A stretch of 64,000 nt of DNA from an uncultured Candidatus Saccharibacteria bacterium (GTDB lineage: Bacteria; Patescibacteriota; Minisyncoccia; Phycocordibacterales; DATDWN01): positions 5,705-69,704 of the forward strand of contig CAZKCA010000005.1 in NCBI GenBank assembly GCA_964551495.1, in the 5' to 3' direction. This document shows positions 58,835 to 64,000 of the stretch, in pieces. Each line of letters opens with the position of its first letter. Position 1 is the first letter of the stretch. The notes under the pieces are model-generated. The model made no database searches and was not told the origin of the DNA. It saw nothing but the letters and a program-made list of their open reading frames with translations. Position numbers and translations under genes: made by a program.

Positions 58835-59236
58835 ATGAACAACAGATCTATTACGTCCCAAATAGTGGGGGACTCAGAAGAATCTCTTCATAATAGAGCT
58901 GAGATAATGGAAGTTTTTAAATTTTCACCAATTATCGCTCTAGAATTGTCTAGAATTTTGGAAGGAATAAAACATGCCTTAAAAACAATCAATCAAGAGC
59001 GTCTCATTTGTCCATTGATACATGGAGACAAAGTCACTATTGATAACATAGAGAGTGTGGTGATGAAATTCTTGCCAGAATATACAATGCAAATCACCAA
59101 GAAACTAGGAGTGGATGCAAAATATAGAAATTGGCCTACTGCTGTAGTATGTGCAGCCGGCTCAGAAGAGGAGCTTTCTCAGCTTGGAGAGGTTACAACA
59201 ACACATTTGATCCTTGAGAAAAACAGAGTTCATTAG
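58835..59236 (+). CDS. Hypothetical 133-aa protein
   Basis: ORF with host-like composition; no recognisable motif. Confidence 0.35.
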   Translation: MNNRSITSQIVGDSEESLHNRAEIMEVFKFSPIIALELSRILEGIKHALKTINQERLICPLIHGDKVTIDNIESVVMKFLPEYTMQITKKLGVDAKYRNWPTAVVCAAGSEEELSQLGEVTTTHLILEKNRVH

Positions 59237-59271
59237 TTAAATTTTGATACAGGCACCCGATAAGGGTGCCT

Positions 59272-60213
59272 TTACTCTTTTCTTTTATGGAACTTCTTGT
59301 GAACCTCTCTTAAATGTTTGTCAGTAACATGGGTATAAATCTGTGTTGTTCCTATATTAGCATGCCCCAACAAAGCTTGAACGCTACGCAGATCAGCTCC
59401 ATTTGAAAGGAGATCGGTGGCAAACATGTGTCGCATTGTGTGAGGTGTAACTCTTTTTGATATTCCGGCTTCTATAGCCCTTTGTTTTATTATTCTTTCT
59501 ATTGAGCGTTTGGTAAGACCCAAACTTTTACCTGTTTTCTCTCTGCTTTTTCCGTTTTTTGACAACTGAACAAATAATGAATCATCTAAATCTTTTCTTT
59601 TAGCTAAATAGTCTTTAACAACTTTTTTTGCATAATCAGACAAAAAGACAACTCGTACTTTTTTTCCTTTTCCCATTATAGAAAGTTCATCAGAAGATAA
59701 GTTTATGTCTCTAGTTAAAGAACAAAGTTCAGACACACGGAGACCGGTTGAAAAAAGTAACTCTAAAATTGCTCTGTCTCTTAAATCACTTATATTGTTT
59801 CCCTTTGGAGCATCTAGAAGCCTTTTAAGTTCTTCTTCTGTTATTAGGTCAAGCATTCTTTCTGGAACTTTAGCTAGTTCTATTCTTTCAGATGGTAAAG
59901 TTTTGACCTCTTGTCTAGCTAAATACTTTAGAAAAGCTCTGATAGCTATAAGATAATAATTTTGGGTTTTGCGACTCAAAGTTTCTCTCATTTTATCAGG
60001 TCTTTTTGCTGCAGGATGAGCTGGTTGTCTATTGAGCCACAAACGAAACTCTCTAACAACAGAGTCTGTTATTTGAGAAGGGGAGTCAACTTTGGTTTGC
60101 TCTAGAAAAACAGTTAGATAATGATCATAATTTTCAACGGTTTTTATAGACCTTCCTTTTTCTATCTCAACATATTCTAGAAACTGTTGTTTTAGTTGTT
60201 TTAGAGAAGACAT
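59272..60213 (-). CDS. xerD: Tyrosine site-specific recombinase XerC/XerD family
   Basis: C-terminal R..HxxR..Y region (TPHTMRHMFATDLL...LGHANIGTTQIYTHV). Confidence 0.8.
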   Translation of the reverse strand: MSSLKQLKQQFLEYVEIEKGRSIKTVENYDHYLTVFLEQTKVDSPSQITDSVVREFRLWLNRQPAHPAAKRPDKMRETLSRKTQNYYLIAIRAFLKYLARQEVKTLPSERIELAKVPERMLDLITEEELKRLLDAPKGNNISDLRDRAILELLFSTGLRVSELCSLTRDINLSSDELSIMGKGKKVRVVFLSDYAKKVVKDYLAKRKDLDDSLFVQLSKNGKSREKTGKSLGLTKRSIERIIKQRAIEAGISKRVTPHTMRHMFATDLLSNGADLRSVQALLGHANIGTTQIYTHVTDKHLREVHKKFHKRKE

Positions 60214-60323
60214 TTTGTAACAAAATTATATCACAAAAATATTTTGCGACACTATTTTAAGCTATAAACTTTGAATAAAAGCCCACTTGCAAAAAATAGG
60301 GTTTTATGCTATTCTCTAGTGAC

Positions 60324-60590
60324 ATGCTTACAAAAACAAAGAAAACAAAGATAATTAAGGATGTTCAGACACACGGAGAAGATACTGGATCTCCTGAGGT
60401 TCAAATAGCAATCTTGTCTAAAAGAATAGATGAGCTAGCTAGTCATTTAAAAAAGAACCCAAAAGACAATCACTCAAGAAGAGGATTGCTTCAAATGGTT
60501 GCTGACAGAAAAGCACAAATGAAGTATCTGGAAAAGAAAAATCCAAAAAGATACAGTGCTTTAGTGAAGAAACTTGGTTTGAAAAAATAA
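60324..60590 (+). CDS. rpsO: 30S ribosomal protein S15
   Basis: TGSPEVQIAILSKRIDELASHLKKNPKDNHSRRGLL pattern. Confidence 0.85.
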   Translation: MLTKTKKTKIIKDVQTHGEDTGSPEVQIAILSKRIDELASHLKKNPKDNHSRRGLLQMVADRKAQMKYLEKKNPKRYSALVKKLGLKK

Positions 60591-60683
60591 TCTCCTAAAA
60601 CAGACCGAAAGGTTTGTTTTGTTTTTATACAATAACTTTGAAATTTGTGAGCATGTTTTACAAATTTTTAATAATTTTAATTT

Positions 60684-61235
60684 ATGTCGATTATAAAACA
60701 TAAAAACCAACGAGTTGGTATTTTTATAGATACACAAAATCTTTACCACACAGCCAGAAACCTGTATGGTGCTAGAGTAAACTTTGATCAAGTGGTTAAA
60801 GACAGCTTAGCTGGAAGAAATCTAATACGAGCAATAGCATATGTTATTACTACAGAATCAGGAGATGAAAAAAACTTTTTTGAAGCCCTAGGTAAGGCTG
60901 GTATAGAAACTAAAACAAAAAACTTACAAATATTTTCTGGTGGTGCTAAAAAGGCGGATTGGGATGTTGGTTTGGCAATAGACGCTATAAAACAGGCCCC
61001 TAAGCTAGATACTATCATTTTAGTAACAGGGGACGGTGACTTTGTTCCTCTTATTGAATATCTAAAAATGAATCAAGGTTGTCAGGTAGAGGTGGTTTCT
61101 TTTGGTAGATCTTCGTCTGCCAAACTAAAAGAAATATGTGATGATTTTATGGATCTAGACGAAAATCATAAAAAATACCTTCTTGGTCAAGTTAGAAAAA
61201 ATATTCGTTCGAAAAAAGATTTGGGTCAAAAATAA
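60684..61235 (+). CDS. NYN-domain (LabA-like, PIN-fold) protein
   Basis: VGIFIDTQNLY...ILVTGDGDFVPL pattern; terminator 61238..61270. Confidence 0.7.
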   Translation: MSIIKHKNQRVGIFIDTQNLYHTARNLYGARVNFDQVVKDSLAGRNLIRAIAYVITTESGDEKNFFEALGKAGIETKTKNLQIFSGGAKKADWDVGLAIDAIKQAPKLDTIILVTGDGDFVPLIEYLKMNQGCQVEVVSFGRSSSAKLKEICDDFMDLDENHKKYLLGQVRKNIRSKKDLGQK

Positions 61236-61304
61236 ACAAAGCCGGTCAAAAGACCGGTTTTTGTTTATTTAATAAAAATAATTTGTTAAACTTTAATTTA
61301 GTTC

Positions 61305-62210
61305 TTGATTATGGAAAATGAACAAATTAAAAAAACAGATCCTGTAATTCCGCAAGAAAAAACTCCTACGCGAAATGAAAAACAACAAAGACTAAAAACC
61401 CTTAGGACATACCAAGGGGATATGCAGGAGTACATATCAAAAAATAATGCCTCTATAGCAACAATAGCAGTCGCTGAACAAAAAAAGAAAGAGAAAGAAG
61501 ATTACAAAGAAGATTTTCAAAAATATGAGGTAAAAAATAAGTTATTGGTCACATTAAGTATTTCATTTCTTGTTATAGGCTTAGTTGCTATTTTAGCAGT
61601 ATACCTCACTCAAACAATGGGAAATGAGACTCCTACACCAATGGAAAGCTCAATTATCACATTCTCAGAAAAAGAAGTGGTTGTTCCACAAAATAAACAA
61701 TTTATTGTTTCTGAATTTTCTCGTTTAGTAGAAAACTGGAACAGTCCAGCTAATTCAGTGCTTGAGATCCAATTTTTAGATGAAACTCAAAGTAACATAA
61801 AATCAAATATTGAAAAAATCGTCTCATTTATAGGACCAAATATGCCTCAAACCATGATCCGCTCATTAACAGAAGACTATATGTTTGGTATATATTCTTT
61901 TGGACAAAATGCTCCATTTATAATACTTAAAACAAAAGACTACGGAGTAAGTTATTCTGGGATGCTTAAATGGGAAGAAAATATATTAAATGATCTTGGT
62001 TTCATATTTAAAATACCAGGAGAAACATCTTCATACGTCTTTGAAGATGAATTCTTTAAAAATAAAGATCTGAGAGTTGTTAGATCAAGTGACAGAAAAA
62101 CCATATTTCTTTATACATTTTTAGATAGAGAAACCATACTAATAACTTCAACCGAGGAGGTTTTTAGTGCTCTTTTGGATAAATACATAAATAGTCAAAT
62201 AACTAGATAG
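61305..62210 (+). CDS. Hypothetical single-TM membrane protein
   Basis: 301 aa with one TM helix (LLVTLSISFLVIGLVAILAVYL). Confidence 0.4.
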   Translation: MIMENEQIKKTDPVIPQEKTPTRNEKQQRLKTLRTYQGDMQEYISKNNASIATIAVAEQKKKEKEDYKEDFQKYEVKNKLLVTLSISFLVIGLVAILAVYLTQTMGNETPTPMESSIITFSEKEVVVPQNKQFIVSEFSRLVENWNSPANSVLEIQFLDETQSNIKSNIEKIVSFIGPNMPQTMIRSLTEDYMFGIYSFGQNAPFIILKTKDYGVSYSGMLKWEENILNDLGFIFKIPGETSSYVFEDEFFKNKDLRVVRSSDRKTIFLYTFLDRETILITSTEEVFSALLDKYINSQITR

Positions 62211-62246
62211 ATTGATTTTGTGTCTATTTTAGGATAATATGTATCT

Positions 62247-62609
62247 ATGGAATTAGATACAAAACATTTCAAAGATCTATTAGAAAAAGAAAAGGAAACT
62301 CTTTTAAGTGAGCTTTCTACTGTTGGAAGAAAAAACCCTGAAAATCCAAAAGATTGGGAGGCAACCGAGCCTGATATGGGTAACACAGGTGCAGATGAAA
62401 ACGAAGTTGCTGATTCTATGGAGGAGTTTGGAACAAATAAAGCAATCCTAGATCAACTAGAAACTAGATTGTGGGAGGTGAACAGCGCCCTTAAAAAAAT
62501 TGAAGATGGGACATATGGAATATGTGAGGTTTCCGGAGAACCTATCGAATTAGACAGACTAGAAGCAAACCCAGCGGCACGAACAAACAAAGCTCACATG
62601 AACGATTAA
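62247..62609 (+). CDS. DksA/TraR-family protein lacking the full C4 zinc finger
   Basis: Coiled-coil N-terminus and DGTYGICEVSGEPIELDRLEANPAARTN C-terminus, with a single Cys. Confidence 0.5.
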   Translation: MELDTKHFKDLLEKEKETLLSELSTVGRKNPENPKDWEATEPDMGNTGADENEVADSMEEFGTNKAILDQLETRLWEVNSALKKIEDGTYGICEVSGEPIELDRLEANPAARTNKAHMND

Positions 62610-62613
62610 AAAT

Positions 62614-64000
62614 ATGAGCGTCGCAAAAGTTAAAAGTTGTCAGACTAACTTATTGGACGCTCAGATAATAGATGTTGAAGTAGACTTGTCCAAAGGTCTG
62701 CATTCTTTTTCTATAGTCGGACTAGCAAATAAATCTGTTGAGGAATCAAAAGATAGAGTATCAGCTTCAATAAAAAACTCAGGATTTAAATCTCCTAAAA
62801 ACAAGAACCAAAAAGTGGTCGTTTCTTTGGCACCAGCTGATGTTAAAAAAGAAGGGCCACTCTTTGATTTGCCAATAGCTGTTGGTTATTTAATTGCTTC
62901 TGGGGAAATAAAAGCTGATACAAACCAGAGTCTTTTTGTAGGAGAACTTTCTTTAGACGGTAAACTTCGTCCCATAAAAGGAGCTCTGCCAATAACCAGA
63001 AAAGCTAAAAAAGAGGGTTTTAAGGAAATTTTTTTACCAAAAGAAAACGCCGATGAAGCTTCAACAATAGAAGGTATAGATATTTTGGGTGCCGAAACTC
63101 TTCTAGAAATTTTGGGCCACATAAACACAAAAGAACAAAATAATACTGAAAACAACATACCTAAAGTAAAAATAAAACCACATAAAAACAAAAAAATAGT
63201 AGAGAATGAATTAGAAATAGAGATAGACTTCTCTGATATAAAAGGTCAAGAATCTGCAAAAAGAGGACTGGAGATTGCTGCTGCAGGAGGTCACAACATA
63301 ATTATGTTTGGTCCTCCAGGAACAGGAAAAACCATGCTAGCTAGGGCATTTACTCATATTATTCCACCGCTTTCTTTTGATGATATGTTAGAAGTTACAT
63401 CTATATACTCAATAGGAGGAGAATTAAAAAATAATTTGATAAAACATCCACCTTTTAGATCACCTCACCATACAGCCTCTTACGTTTCTCTTGTTGGAGG
63501 AGGAGGTAATTTAAAACCAGGAGAAGTGACTTTGGCTCATAAAGGAATATTGTTTCTTGATGAACTACCAGAATTTGATACCAAAGTTTTGGAAACACTT
63601 AGACAGCCTCTGGAAGATAGGGTAGTAACAATTTCAAGAGCAAAAGGTTCTGTAAAATATCCAGCTGACTTTATTTTGATAGCAACAATGAATCCTTGTC
63701 CCTGTGGAAATTATGGAATAAAAGATAAAGAATGTGTATGTTCTGCTTTACAAATAGAAAGATATAAAAGAAAACTTTCAGGACCAATAGTGGATAGAAT
63801 AGATATGTGGGTAGAGGTATCTTTGGTTGAACATGAAAAACTTACAGATAAAAGAGAGAAGGAAACTCAAAGTAAATTAGTAAAAGAAAGAGTTTTGAGA
63901 GCAAGACAAGTACAAGAAGAAAGACACAAAAAGTTTGGAATAAAAAGCAAAACAAACGCCGAGCTTTCATCAAAAGATTTAATAGAATACTTGGACCTAT
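62614..64000 (+). CDS. comM: Mg-chelatase-like ATPase ComM/YifB (partial, continues beyond window)
   Basis: Lon-SSD-like N-terminus; Walker A GPPGTGKTM; the ORF is open to the window end. Confidence 0.75.
   Translation, partial: MSVAKVKSCQTNLLDAQIIDVEVDLSKGLHSFSIVGLANKSVEESKDRVSASIKNSGFKSPKNKNQKVVVSLAPADVKKEGPLFDLPIAVGYLIASGEIKADTNQSLFVGELSLDGKLRPIKGALPITRKAKKEGFKEIFLPKENADEASTIEGIDILGAETLLEILGHINTKEQNNTENNIPKVKIKPHKNKKIVENELEIEIDFSDIKGQESAKRGLEIAAAGGHNIIMFGPPGTGKTMLARAFTHIIPPLSFDDMLEVTSIYSIGGELKNNLIKHPPFRSPHHTASYVSLVGGGGNLKPGEVTLAHKGILFLDELPEFDTKVLETLRQPLEDRVVTISRAKGSVKYPADFILIATMNPCPCGNYGIKDKECVCSALQIERYKRKLSGPIVDRIDMWVEVSLVEHEKLTDKREKETQSKLVKERVLRARQVQEERHKKFGIKSKTNAELSSKDLIEYLDL

Noticed and set aside
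62886-63191. 101-aa minus-strand ORF
   Set aside because: Antisense inside the comM open reading frame.
1-64000. CRISPR array, rRNA, tmRNA or RNase P RNA
   Set aside because: The repeats found are not regularly spaced with unique spacers. No tmRNA-like sequence (GGGGCTGATTCTGGATTCGAC start or CCGCCTCCACCA end), no RNase P core and no rRNA-like stretches were recognised by eye. This absence is not proven without covariance-model searches.

Overview
This window is AT-rich bacterial chromosome, most likely from a Patescibacteria/CPR-like organism. I infer that from the compact S10-spc ribosomal operon lacking L30, a type IV pilus and competence gene set, and generally small proteins. All calls below come from reading the supplied translations and the raw sequence; no searches were run.

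Core content on the minus strand:
- ndk, map, an adk-like kinase, secY and the spc/S10 ribosomal-protein run rplO through rpsJ. This run is interrupted between rplB and rpsS by a self-contained ~1 kb insertion.
- tuf, a 1300-aa repeat-rich membrane protein, fusA, rpsG and rpsL.
- A peptidase M50 gene, with rpmB and sodA on the plus strand nearby.
- A split comEC, then rnhA and recJ (HIT family gene on +), pgk and tpiA.
- A type IV pilus cluster: pilB, pilC and three pilin-like genes.

Further on the plus strand: nusA, ppa, tig, clpP, rny, hup, four tRNAs (Gly-UCC, Pro-UGG, Gly-GCC, Arg-UCG), cca, xth, xerC/D-like, rpsO, a NYN-domain gene and a partial comM.

The most striking feature is a complete diversity-generating retroelement (DGR) at ~45.1-47.7 kb:
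- An AT-rich reverse transcriptase with a GNLTSQ motif.
- A divergently oriented Avd-like four-helix-bundle gene, whose natural ATG is out of frame across a C9 homopolymer.
- A 107-bp template repeat (TR) and a 107-bp variable repeat (VR) at the 3' end of a GC-rich, C-type-lectin-like target gene.
- TR and VR differ at 16 positions, all of them TR adenines.

Other notable observations:
- A frameshifted cytidine/dCMP-deaminase-like gene plus a GC-rich mini-ORF sit inside the S10 operon.
- Several families of GC-rich intergenic repeats and GTAGTA-core terminator hairpins recur across the window.
- tRNA-3'-end-derived inverted-repeat mini-elements sit next to both tRNA-Gly genes and tRNA-Arg, and tRNA-Pro has a nested half-copy structure.
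- A ~30-bp duplication of the clpP start flanks a hairpin insert.
- A candidate structured RNA (possibly SRP RNA) overlaps a doubtful 75-aa ORF.

No CRISPR array or rRNA was seen.
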